From positions 806,001-870,000 of the forward strand of contig JBDOQK010000005.1 of NCBI GenBank assembly GCA_040437565.1: a stretch of 64,000 nucleotides of DNA, given 5' to 3'. The notes below the pieces were generated by a model that saw only the letters and a program-made list of their open reading frames with translations, made no database searches and was not told the origin of the DNA. The translations under genes and the position numbers were made by a program. How positions within the stretch are numbered: position 1 is the stretch's first letter; each line of letters begins with the position of its first letter. Of this stretch, positions 1 to 11,800 are shown one piece after another. The DNA is from Albugo candida (lineage: Eukaryota).

Positions 1-1299
1 TATCGTCACAAGTCCAGCAAGGTTGTGAAGTGGATCCAAAAAAGCAATGGCGTTTGTTCAGTTCGATTTCTTTGTGCAGATGCTTCTCCTTCGCCCGAAC
101 ATCCGCAGCAAATTCGAATTGAGGGATATCGTTCAAAATATAGTAATATAATCGCATCTCTTGCTATAGCTTTCTTCACAGGAAACATCATTAAATACCC
201 AAATACCACACTCATTGATTTGAAGGGTAGGAGAGCGTTGATCCTGGCATTCGGATAGAACGTGCATAAGACTTCAGAATCGTATGCTCGACAAAAAAGT
301 GGATAGTAGCAAGTACAAAAATTGATTTCGTCATCACCCATCTCCAACCCAGCCATCGGATGTGCTGCAAATTATGTCGGCTTATTCTAAGAGATATTCT
401 AAACTTTTTTCATATGATAGATCAGAACTCAAGAATTCTTAGAACATTCAACGTCGCAATTGTACGTGTTATAGCGAATTTAATTCATATGGGCATGCTG
501 CATCCGCGTGACTACATTTCCACAGCATATATTTTTGAAAAATGGAGCGAACAGTCGGATGATTTTTTCTTTTATTGGATCGACAATAATCGAAAGGAGT
601 TAGTAGCATGATTCTCAGTCTGACTTGTACGAGAGCTCTCTCGGCCCTATAATCAGGATGATGATTTGAGAACTCTCTATTAGGAAGAATAGAACGAAAG
701 ACTTTGTGGCAATTCATCTATCCTTTCATCTTTGGTCTGAACGGACATCCTCATCGAATTATCTACATTTATGTAGCGTCGATCTTGATGACTCAGATTC
801 TTTGAAAAAGGCTAAAATTGCGCATTCATATCGACTTTGATGAAGTAACGTTTGATATCTTGAAGATTTCAAGTTTATTTGAGCGGAAGTGCCCGACCTG
901 CACGACACTATACCTTCTTCTACATTCCAGAACTTCTCGCTAGACGAGTTGGTACATAGCGAGTCGAGTGAGCGAAAGAAAAGACATGCTTTTTTGGTTT
1001 ACCTTGCCACACGATGAGAATTACGACATGAGTTTTTTAAGAAATTTTGTAGAATAACTTTGACATTGCTAGCATGCTCTTGCTTGACAAAGCGCTCCAT
1101 ATTCCTATCGAATCGTTTCAAGTCTTACATCGACCGTGGTCGATCGAACACGCTTCCCTTAAAGCAGTCGCGTATATTAGCGCGCGAAAGTCTTACGGCA
1201 CGAAATCTCTCGCAGCGTAGAGCGCCTTTACCAACGCAAGTACTGGTTGCGATTCGAAGCATTCTGTCTTTTGCTCTTTTAAGAATATAATTTCTTGTT

Positions 1300-3666
1300 T
1301 TAAAACATTTCCTGCAATTTCTGTTGTACGATCAGCTGTTTTTCTAGTGGTAGCCTTGATATCATATTCAGGATCAAAGCAATTGACGGTTCTTGAGATC
1401 TTCACAAAAATAGATTCAGCTCGTATCAGCAAGCTAATGAATGGAGCAATATACCGTATAAACGTGTTGTAGTAAACAGTGGTGAAGAGTGCTGTGATGA
1501 ACTGACAATCCATGCGGTCCATTACACCACCATGTCCCGGTATCACAGAGTCGAAATCCTACCGAATATCTGTAAAAAATATTGCTTTATCAACCAAATG
1601 TCACGAGGTACCTTTAGTTTGTATGTTCTTTTGATGGCGGAAGCATAGAAGCCACCGAATGGTGCAATGAGGGATGTAAATATCGAAAATACGATGGAAT
1701 GTAGCTACGAAACAAGAGATCTGGTTACATATTCCGAAATCTTCGTGCGTCTAATTACCTGAATAGGCATGAGCGTGATGGTTTCTTTTCCTAAATAATA
1801 TGCCACAAGCGATGGCAAGTGGTAATCTGCTGCTATGAATACCGGATTGGGGTGGCACGACAAGTCAGCTGGAATCAGCTACANNNNNNNNNNNNNNNNN
1901 NNNNNNNNNNNNNNNNNNNNNNNNNNNNNNNNNNNNNNNNNNNNNNNNNNNNNNNNNNNNNNNNNNNNNNNNNNNNNNNNNNNAGCTAATGAATGGAGCA
2001 ATATACCGTATAAACGTGTTGTAGTAAACAGTGGTGAAGAGTGCTGTGATGAACTGACAATCCATGCGGTCCATTACACCACCATGTCCCGGTATCACAG
2101 AGTCGAAATCCTACCGAATATCTGTAAAAAATATTGCTTTATCAACCAAATGTCACGAGGTACCTTTAGTTTGTATGTTCTTTTGATGGCGGAAGCATAG
2201 AAGCCACCGAATGGTGCAATGAGGGATGTAAATATCGAAAATACGATGGAATGTAGCTACGAAACAAGAGATCTGGTTACATATTCCGAAATCTTCGTGC
2301 GTCTAATTACCTGAATAGGCATGAGCGTGATGGTTTCTTTTCCTAAATAATATGCCACAAGCGATGGCAAGTGGTAATCTGCTGCTATGAATACCGGATT
2401 GGGGTGGCACGACAAGTCAGCTGGAATCAGCTACAATGGACATATGAATACACCATTCCGTACAGAATTTAAGGCACTTTACCTGCAAGGTTTCCAGAGG
2501 GCAAATCATCCATTGAAACTAGATACAAACGGTGGACGCTCAAGCACTCATCAATACGGACAGAGTAACCCTTCGTATACCTTTGAAAACACCGCACTTG
2601 TGAGTGCTCCAAAGACAATTGTACACAGAAATGCACCAACGAATCCTTCCCACGTTTTGTTCGGAGACAAGCGCAAGAAGGGAGTTCGGATGAATTTTCG
2701 GCCGAACACTTTCCCGCAAAAAAAAGCGAAACAATCATTACAGATGACCAATGATACTGGGAAAACAAACCAAAACAAGCCTGAAAACACAGAACAGGTG
2801 AATAACCGCTCGCGAAATCCAGTGATGACACTAGACCATTAAAAATATTGAACAAAACGTATTTCATCTGGAACACGATCAGCCCCAAAGTGACTATAGT
2901 CCATGTATACTGCCCTGTAAGTATGCATATATGAACACTTTCCGATAATGATACGCACAAGAACTCTCACCCATTTGATATTTGTAATAACCTATTGAGC
3001 GCTACATTAGCGTCAATTAAAATATAAGGATAACGGCCACACTTGCCTTTCTTAAGACTGAGTACTGACATGACAAAAAGCACAGCATATAAACTGAATG
3101 AGACCCACGTATGATACCCAAGGTAACGAACAACAAAGTCTGGGACAACTCGGATCTTGCGAGTCTCAACAAAAGTCGCAAACGAATCTCCATAATTGTA
3201 AATGAGTGCGACTAAGAACCATGACCACTACAAAATCAATGAAATATCGCTTCTCGCCTTCAAACATAGTCCAACTTGCCTGAATGGATCGAAACCACGG
3301 TATGTTTTTTTCCGCTGCTGCCCTGTAGCGAACATTGACTAGTTCTTTGAATATAAGCGTTTGTAGAACGACAACGAGTATCCAAGCGTAAAGATGTCCA
3401 CCATAAAGTATTGCAGAAAACGATGCAATCATGAGAGCTCCCATGGCGATACGGAGCCAGAACTTATTCCATGCTGACAGGGAGGATTTTTTTGAAGTTA
3501 AAGATGAGGAGGATCTGTGCTGATGCGATTTTGAGAATGAATTCGAATGTCTTGAGAAGAAAGAACGATGAGAACCAGAGTTATGCATAGTGGAAGATCT
3601 TCGTTTTCGTAGCATTCCCAGGGATACTTCATTACTCGGCTTGAGCGCTTTAGCGGAATCCGTCAT
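1300..3666 (-). CDS. CDS1: Phosphatidate cytidylyltransferase (CDP-diacylglycerol synthase), multi-exon
   Basis: Motifs across exons: 'CNDCFAFFCGKVFGR', 'LSPNKTWEGFVG', 'APFGGFYASAIKRTYKLK', 'IPGHGGVMDRMDCQ' (CTP_transf_1 signature). ATG at 3666. A last intron (1400-1454) gives the C-terminus 'RSQEPSIALILNMISRLPLEKQLIVQQKLQEMF*' with stop at 1300. The span includes an assembly duplication (1432-1883 = 1984-2435). Confidence 0.93.
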
Positions 3667-5054
3667 GTTGCAATCGATCTTACAGACCCGCAAAGTGTGT
3701 GGTCGACATCAAGTTTGAACTGGTGATCAGTTGGACAATTCGTTTAACAACCGACGGATGCTTCTGCCACTCAACGCTCAGATATGTGCGTATGGCTCAT
3801 CAGGTGGTGCCTTGAGCATTCATGGAGCACCATCAGCGGGTACTCGATACAAAAATTTAGCAGACTCGTAATGTCACATAGAAATCGAAGCGCTGCCATA
3901 CTTAGCCGGAGAAATGTAAAGTGCAAGNNNNNNNNNNNNNNNNNNNNNNNNNNNNNNNNNNNNNNNNNNNNNNNNNNNNNNNNNNNNNNNNNNNNNNNNN
4001 NNNNNNNNNNNNNNNNNNNNNNNNNNNTGATCAGTTGGACAATTCGTTTAACAACCGACGGATGCTTCTGCCACTCAACGCTCAGATATGTGCGTATGGC
4101 TCATCAGGTGGTGCCTTGAGCATTCATGGAGCACCATCAGCGGGTACTCGATACTCGTAATGTCACATAGAAATCGAAGCGCTGCCATACTTAGCCGGAG
4201 AAATGTAAAGTGCAAGGTGCACAAAGCTGGCTGATTAAAAGCCAATTGTTCCAAACAATCGTGATGATCAATTATCAAATCAGCGCCTCAATTTGGCGAG
4301 ACGGAAGGATAAAAGTGGCTTTGCAGGTGATAGTCTTAAGGGACAGCTTATTGATCGCTTGGTCTTTCACAAAGTGTCAAGGATAAAGACAGAGTCCAAA
4401 TCAATGCAAACGGATTTCATGTCTGTATAGATTTTTTCCTGAAATTGCTGAGCAATATGAGCCCGTTCACAAACCCCATCTAGGTGCTTGAGTCTATTTG
4501 TCACGGTTCAGTNNNNNNNNNNNNNNNNNNNNNNNNNNNNNNNNNNNNNNNNNNNNNNNNNNNNNNNNNNNNNNNNNNNNNNNNNNNNNNNNNNNNNNNN
4601 NNNNNNNNNNNNGTGATGATCAATTATCAAATCAGCGCCTCAATTTGGCGAGACGGAAGGATAAAAGTGGCTTTGCAGGTGATAGTCTTAAGGGACAGCT
4701 TATTGATCGCTTGGTCTTTCACAAAGTGTCAAGGATAAAGACAGAGTCCAAATCAATGCAAACGGATTTCATGTCTGTATAGATTTTTTCCTGAAATTGC
4801 TGAGCAATATGAGCCCGTTCACAAACCCCATCTAGGTGCTTGAGTCTATTTGTCACGGTTCAGTCCCTTCTGCGTACCCACGAAATCGTCACTGCGGCAA
4901 GAAAGAGGCATCGTCGCTATTATGTATATTTCGCACAAAATGGGATGGACTGTGGTACCATCTCAAAAATACATCGTGTACACAAAATTGCTTCAAGTAA
5001 AACCTAAGCAACATATTGCCTATGAGGTACTGCATTTTTCAGTGAATACGAGCC

Positions 5055-5997
5055 TCATAGCTTACGTTGTTTCTTATTGTAAGAAACGGCTTCCGTGTGT
5101 CCTGATAAATTCTGATTTACTTCTGCTCGCCCATTGTCTGCTTGTTCTCTTTCATTATTTGCGTTGCAGCTTCTTGCATTCCCTGCTTCGCTTCCATAAT
5201 TTTTAGGACTACATCCATTTCCGATATTATTCCCACTTTCATTTCCCGATGAACCCCAGTGTTTTGCCTCTGCAGCTTGGATACCTTTGAACTGCTCACG
5301 CTTCAACTTGACTCGGGTCTCAAATTCAAATCCGCTCTTGAAATAATCCAATCGAGATGGTGCAGAGATGTGCAGCAATTCTTCTTCGATTGCACAAGCC
5401 TATAAGCATTGAGATAATTAGTCACATTTGTCACACCAAAATGAGAAAACGTCTCGTTCATACCACTTGAAGTATATCGTCGTAGGAATTACACTTGTTT
5501 AAATATGCGTCCCGGATTTTCGATCGGACTGCTTGACGTTCCTCTATTGTTAAATACATTCTCCAATTCTGCATGTTTGAAGACGATCCACCGGGTGTTC
5601 GTCCAGATGAGGTAGGCAGTGTCGTACCAGCTGCTGAAAAATTTGTAGCTGATGATCCAGGCAACCGTGGGTTTGAAGCCATCGGATTGTTTGCATTGGG
5701 TCCAGTGTTGTGCATATTCATGGATCGATTATAGACACCTGTGGCGGTCACTGCACGCAGCATCTGCGGAGGCCCTGTGTTTGGTTCGTTATGCATAACA
5801 TTAGAATTTCCGTGGCCATGAACAAGTGAGTGCTGCGATAACCCGGCCATAGAATTCGGTCGATTATGATTGGATGGTTGATGCGATTGATTTCTTGCAT
5901 GTGCGTGTGGCAAATGTACTGCAGGCGCATTGGAAGCATTGGCTGAAAGTGTATGTTTAAGCGAAGGAATATTCGGACTCGCACCGGAGCTACTCAT
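5055..5997 (-). CDS. Small protein (about 290 aa) with a low-complexity N/H/S-rich N-terminus and a KIX-like (Med15/KIX_2-type) helical domain
   Basis: Two exons joined by GT-AG intron 5400-5463 give 'NWRMYLTIEERQAVRSKIRDAY...DILQV|ACAIEEELLHISAPSRLDYFKSG', which resembles the plant Med15 KIX pattern (DWR.....RQ..V.KI...FEEKI..AA.S.SDY). Family call by eye. Confidence 0.6.
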
Positions 5998-6364
5998 TTC
6001 TCTAATATAGAAAGTGTGCGAGGAATTCAAATACTGAGAATGAGATAAATGACTCCACAATATAGAACAAAAAGCACACGTACAAATAACACTAACTGTT
6101 AGCGTCGGATAGCTGGCTCCTTTACGTAATTACAATTCTTTTACATAGTGAAAGAAGGATAGCGTGCTTACGAATGGTGTTACGCTTCGAGCTGACAATA
6201 GAGAAGTCGAAAAGTTCTTCGATTTTCGCACTTGTCAATCGACAGGTAATAATTACTAATAAGGAATGCTGTTTGCTATTGCGCTTACCATATCGGCAAG
6301 AGAGTAGTTGAGCAAATTACTTATATGCAAATGATTGGCGACTATCGCCACCTTGATTGCAGCG

Positions 6365-7584
6365 TCAGCGTACGCAGTCTAATAAAGCTTGAGCGTTTGC
6401 CTGAGTATGTGACAGCCACTTTATTTCATCATCTAGACATCCAAGCATCTCTTCAAGCTGTGGTATCATGACTGTTGTGCTTGCATAGTCTACAATCTCC
6501 ATGTTTTGACCTCGTAGCGAGCTGAATATGATCAAATCAGATTGGATTTTGCATCAAAAATATGACTCGCATCGTACCACACACTACCAAGGACTTCACT
6601 CTTGCTGATGCAGCCATCGAGGAAGTTCTGCTGAGGCTTTTTGGTTTCGGAGATCTGGAAAGCCTCTATCAGTAATTCTCCGCGGTGAAGTGACATCTCA
6701 ATGACGACATCAGAAGGGAGTGCGGGTTGAAAACGCTACAGATTTATAAGTTGTAATGTCAGCCAATGATCATCTCGTGGACAAAGCTCGAGAAAGAGAT
6801 CATACCAAATCAGAGTGATTGTTGTAAGGAAATCGCCGTCGAGTCGGTAAACGTAAAACATCTCCCGCATTGCGCAAATGACGACACATTTCCCTTATTA
6901 TCTAGGGCCACGATAGCGTGATTCGTCTAGCCAAATACAAGCTCTACTCACCTCGTACAATCTATCTACGCGCTGAGCTAACTCCTTTGTCCCGTGTGAA
7001 AGAGTGTCATCAGCTACCTCCTCTGCGGGGCTATCGTCAACGCCAAACGAAAAAAGCCAAGCTTCCAACTCCCGTATCTGACTTAGTTGACTTTCAATAA
7101 TACGATGAAATTCCAATATCTGGTGCAACACACAATATTGCTGTAACCTACGATGCCACAAGATGAAATATCGATTCGATTGTCATATTCATGCAACCAA
7201 CACACTTTGTATTAACCGTGGTATTTCGTCCTGATTTGGTGAACTTTAGCTCGACATCGGCAGCAACGATAAGATGCCCCTTTATTCTAGGAATATGACA
7301 ACATTGATAATACATTTTACATAGATCAATGATACCTCCATCCGGATCTCTGTTTTGAAATTAGCGTTTGTGATGCATTTCTCAATGCGAATTTTTCCCC
7401 ATAAAAAATCTAAGCGTTCTAGTTCCTCCTTTGCATGAGTAATTGTATGCAACACATTCACTGTCAGAAAATTCTTTACTTCAGAGCTCTATGCAAGGAT
7501 GCGTTCAGCTGCTTTCTATCGCACAAATTCTGTATTTACCCATGCAGCGAGCTCTTCTTGAATTTGATAATCTGCATCCGCCAT
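6365..7584 (-). CDS. ROGDI: ROGDI / Rav2 family protein (RAVE/Rabconnectin-3 V-ATPase assembly subunit), 7 exons
   Basis: Manual splicing over six GT-AG introns gives 'MADADYQIQEELAAWSSEVKNFL...IRMEGHLIVAADVELKF...LRLPTRRRFPY..RFQPALPSDVVIEMSLHRGELLIEAFQI...RGQNMEIVDYASTTVMIPQLEEML...DCVR*'. This parallels recalled human ROGDI segments 'LQGDALSQADVNLKM', '[27 protein letters not shown]' and '[23 protein letters not shown]'. Confidence 0.8.
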
Positions 7585-7617
7585 TCGGTCAGTAGTAAAT
7601 AAATTATAGCGGTGCAA

Positions 7618-7631
7618 TGATTCGCCAATTT
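7618..7631 (+). promoter_or_regulatory. Possible oomycete INR-FPR core promoter element in the 76-bp divergent spacer
   Basis: TGATTCGCCAATTT versus consensus TCATTYYNCAWTTT (2 mismatches), 30 bp upstream of the ATG at 7661. Confidence 0.25.
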
Positions 7632-7660
7632 ATATCAAGAACGATTCACTAGCAATTGAA

Positions 7661-10141
7661 ATGTCACGACACTCTTCCGTCGACTCAATCGTGCGCCAAC
7701 TATTCGATATATGGAAAGATTCAAATGGTGTTATCAGGTATTTCAATCAGCGCAAGAGACAACTGCGTTTGTTTCACCATTTTGTCGCTCTCAGCTCACA
7801 ATGTTTGCTTGAAAAAATATACTTTTATCAGTCGCAATATTTTACTTTGCTGGAAGCAAAAACAATCATAAGGAAATCCTGCAGCAATAAAACGAATCTT
7901 ACAACACAAGAAAGTCTGTCCAGCGTTCTGTCAAACCTCGCTGTAGCCTGTATCGGCGATGTACATGAAGATTTGGACACAAGACATAAAACACTTCTTC
8001 TCATCGAAAACATCAGAGATTTACAGAAGATTCAACATACGTCGATGGATAGTGTTCGCAGACAAATCTGCAAATTGAGCAATCTGAGGACTTTGGAAAG
8101 TCATATATCGCTCTTAAAGGAAAACTTTCATCTATTTGGATCTAAAAAAAACGTAAATACTAATCTGTTCACTATGGGTAGCTGTAAAAAATCTGCTGAG
8201 ATACAAGTTCCGCTGACGATGTCATTGCCCGAGTTTACAAATTTTCTTGTAGCGTACTTTGAGTACAGCGATTTTTTCTCGTATGAGAATCTGAAACAGG
8301 TATTACTCTCATTCAAAAGCTCACTATAAGCGCCTGATCTTTGGCTGACAGACGTATTGCGAAATGAAGAGCACGTATTCTCATTCCGTTATAAGGCACA
8401 TGTTTGTCGAGCCATCTCGACAGGAGGATGCTCAAGTGACATGTCTCGCGGAAGCTAACGGTGATCTTGCATGGATGACATTTCCTTTTTACCTAGAGCT
8501 TTTCTGTCGTATTGCAATCCTCTACTCTTCCGCAACGAAGCAAGAAAATGAAGGTCAGGTCCGTGAAGTGGAGTCACAAAGCCCTTCAGAATTGGAAAAT
8601 TGTCTTGCAAATTTTTTTGTCAAATTTTTTCCTACTTCAGTTGGAATTCCTTACACGATGAGTAGAGTTTTGAACTCTCAATCGTCACCAATCAGTCAGA
8701 TGAATTTCTGCGTCATCAAACTGAGAGAGATGCTGGATACTACCAAGCTTTCTTCAGAGAAATTACTGAAGCGCTATTTATTCGAGCGCAGAGAAAACGG
8801 GCAATCATCTAACGCAGAAAGCATACGAGCAGCCTCGAGATTTTCTGCAAGTACTGAAGGTTATATTGGCGGCCGAAGGATGGATAGCGTTTCTGTGAAT
8901 GTGACGCTTATCAGAGAGATGCTGTTCATCCCAGAGTCACTCGGAAATCCTGAAGCGTACGCAAAAGTTCTGCGCGCTCAACATGCTAGAAACTTTGAGG
9001 TACTTTATCACCCAACGTATAATTTAATTTTCAGTATTTTGTTTCTAGCTTGCAATGACACAACTACATAGTTTCCGGGCTGAGTGCACAGAGTAAGCAA
9101 TTGTGAAATTGGATGCATATAGAAGCTCACAGCTTGTTCGGCTTTTTAGAAATCACGATCTGGGTTCAGAGAAGCGCCTTTTTTTTATTTTGTTGGAAGC
9201 CTCAATTNNNNNNNNNNNNNNNNNNNNNNNNNNNNNNNNNNNNNNNNNNNNNNNNNNNNNNNNNNNNNNNNNNNNNNNNNNNNNNNNNNNNNNNNNNNNN
9301 NNNNNNNAGGTACTTTATCACCCACCGTAAAATTTAATTTTCAGTATTTTGTTTCCAGCTTGCAATGACACAACTACATAGTTTCCGGGCTGAGTGCACA
9401 GAGTAAGCAATTGTGAAATTGGATGCATATAGAAGCTCACATCATGTTCGACTTTTTAGAAATCACGATCTGGGTTCAGAGAAGCGCCTTTTTTTTATTT
9501 TGTTGGAAGCCTCAATTCATGATAGCGCTTATAATGACACACAGGCTTTACAATTATACATTGAGGCTCTCGAAGTGATAGAAGACCTTTCTCCAGTGCA
9601 TCCAGGGTTAGCACTGGCTAAAGGTTGCGTAGGCACAACTTTGTACTATGCTGGAAAGTTTGACCTAGCTCAGGAATATCATCAAGCAGCTATTGCTGCT
9701 CGTATTTGGGCGATTATATCTTTGCATGGTAAAAGTACGGAAATCGTAAAGGAATTTATCGAGAGTGACAATTTCAATACAGCAATATCAATGAACAACC
9801 TTGCTTGCTGCCTCTATACAACAGGAGAAACGGAATGTCAAGATAGAGCTTGTTTTCTCATAGACCAGGTATTTCGTATTTACGGGAAAATATATGGGCC
9901 ACAGAACCCAAGAACTGTACAAGTTGCTCATAATATGGAGATGATTCATGCAAAACAACTCAGGCTGACGAAGAAATTGTCGCGTGTATCTAATTCAAAA
10001 GATTATGCCGATGTCATATCAAATGCTCTTCTTTTCAAAGCGGCGTCGATACTGCCTGCACCGACCAAAAAGAAGGCGCAAGGAGAAGCGAAAAGAACAA
10101 TCAGAAAGAGAACAGGCGAATCGAATCGAAAGCAAAAATGA
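7661..10141 (+). CDS. TPR-repeat protein (kinesin-light-chain-type TPR_10/12 repeats at the C-terminus), multi-exon
   Basis: ORFs 7661, 8364 and 9413 are joined by GT-AG introns (about 8300-8350, 9000-9048, 9093-9149). Motifs include 'HPGLALAKGCVGTTLYYAGKFDLAQEYHQAA', 'NTAISMNNLACCLY' and 'YGPQNPRTVQVAHNME'. The tail is basic. One gap duplication lies inside the gene. Confidence 0.7.
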
Positions 10142-10154
10142 GTGGATTTCATGC

Positions 10155-11093
10155 TCAGTTTTGCTTATATTTGGTGACTTGAGAGAACAACACCTGCTCT
10201 ATTCTACTTTTCGAATATTTGTTGAGTAGGATAAACGCCAACAAGAGATCAAGAAAAAGGGCTTGCAATCCAAACTGGGCGAGAAAACGTTGCTGGCTTG
10301 CTATGTACGCGATAACACCAGCCAGAGTTGCTGTGCACACCGAAGTTAGCATAGATGATAGTGCGCTCCGCAGAGCAACGGGTCGTTTACTGGAATCAGT
10401 GAGTGTGCACGCGATCACCTGAATCAAAAAGGCACTCGCAAATAGATTTGCTGTCATAACGAGCACAAAATGAATCGAATTTGCATCCTTTGCTTCTCCC
10501 CACGCAAGGGCTAATGATTTCGTTGTAATCGATTTATACCACGCTAAGGTGAGTCCAATGCCCGTCAGCACCAAATCCTTCGGAACCTTTAGGTAACCAA
10601 ACACCAGCTCGGATACGATGAAAAGCGGAACACATTTTGCACTGATTGCTCTGTAGTGTGGCCACTCATTGAAGATTGGCTGTATGACTGATGTTCCCGC
10701 ACAGCTCACTGCTATGACACATAAAAAGAGCTTCATTTCCGCCCAAATGAGCTTTGGTAACCGTGATTTTTGTCGTGTTTTCTTCGACAATGATGGTCCA
10801 ACAAGTGGCCATAATTTAGATCGACAAGTCATGCATACGTAGAATATGTACGTATGCTTCAAGAAAGACAGCAGCGAAGGCGAATTTGCATAGTTGCCAT
10901 GTGTCAAAAGTTCATAATATGCAGCCGCAATCGCAATGCATAAAATTAGTACGTTTGGTAGGAAAGTGATAAGACTATCGAGCAATGGAGAAAATTGAGG
11001 TTGTGAGCTATGCTGATCCGAAGATATCCGTCGTTTGCTGCTTTCTTTTGCCTGTGCTGCTCTATTGTGCTGCCGGCGTCGATGACGTGGCAT
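10155..11093 (-). CDS. Multi-pass membrane protein of unknown function (312 aa, single exon)
   Basis: Long ATG-initiated ORF with a basic N-terminus and about 7 hydrophobic segments. Confidence 0.7.
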   Translation of the reverse strand: MPRHRRRQHNRAAQAKESSKRRISSDQHSSQPQFSPLLDSLITFLPNVLILCIAIAAAYYELLTHGNYANSPSLLSFLKHTYIFYVCMTCRSKLWPLVGPSLSKKTRQKSRLPKLIWAEMKLFLCVIAVSCAGTSVIQPIFNEWPHYRAISAKCVPLFIVSELVFGYLKVPKDLVLTGIGLTLAWYKSITTKSLALAWGEAKDANSIHFVLVMTANLFASAFLIQVIACTLTDSSKRPVALRSALSSMLTSVCTATLAGVIAYIASQQRFLAQFGLQALFLDLLLAFILLNKYSKSRIEQVLFSQVTKYKQN

Positions 11094-11800
11094 GGTGTAA
11101 TGACCCCTTCCAAAGGCGATTACACTTAAGAGAGGTGGACATGCGAATGTAGAGGTCCGGACAGTATTTTAGATCAAATATTAGAAAGACCTTGGGAACG
11201 TTTGTAAACTTTTCTGTAGCTCATATGATTATTAGAGCTTCCATGTAATAGAGTTAAATGTATGTCTTATTTGAGTGGGAATTTTGAGCGCAACAGTACT
11301 CGGGAAGCGATGATAATGCCTCGCATTGCGAAAAACTCAAATTCGAGCGCTCACAGCAGGATTGCAATTTGTACTGGAATTATGCATTTCGCTATTCGGG
11401 AATGTCATATTCATGCTCCCGGAAGCTTCCATTTATAGTATAAGCTAAGATAGCATAATGAATTCTCCCCTACAGCAATCGATCTGCGTGCAAGAGCTTG
11501 TTAGTGCGTCGGTACCTGTCTAAACGATCAAGTAGCAGTTAAGAAGGAGGATTCTTAATAAAACTTGAAAGCTACTTTTGCGTCAGATACTTCTGTGCGG
11601 AGCATGCTGTATAAATGCGCACTGAGTGATACTATCGGTCGATCTCGGGACAGCTNNNNNNNNNNNNNNNNNNNNNNNNNNNNNNNNNNNNNNNNNNNNN
11701 NNNNNNNNNNNNNNNNNNNNNNNNNNNNNNNNNNNNNNNNNNNNNNNNNNNNNNNCCTCCTCTAAAAACTAATAAATTTGAAAGAGGGAAAAGCACTAAC

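Noticed and set aside
1-900. Short ORFs on both strands at the window start
   Set aside because: No recognisable product and no consistent splice model.
3724-4430. Short plus-strand ORFs and a 15-nt indel between the overlapping copies
   Set aside because: No coherent gene model or recognisable protein; the indel is probably a non-coding polymorphism.
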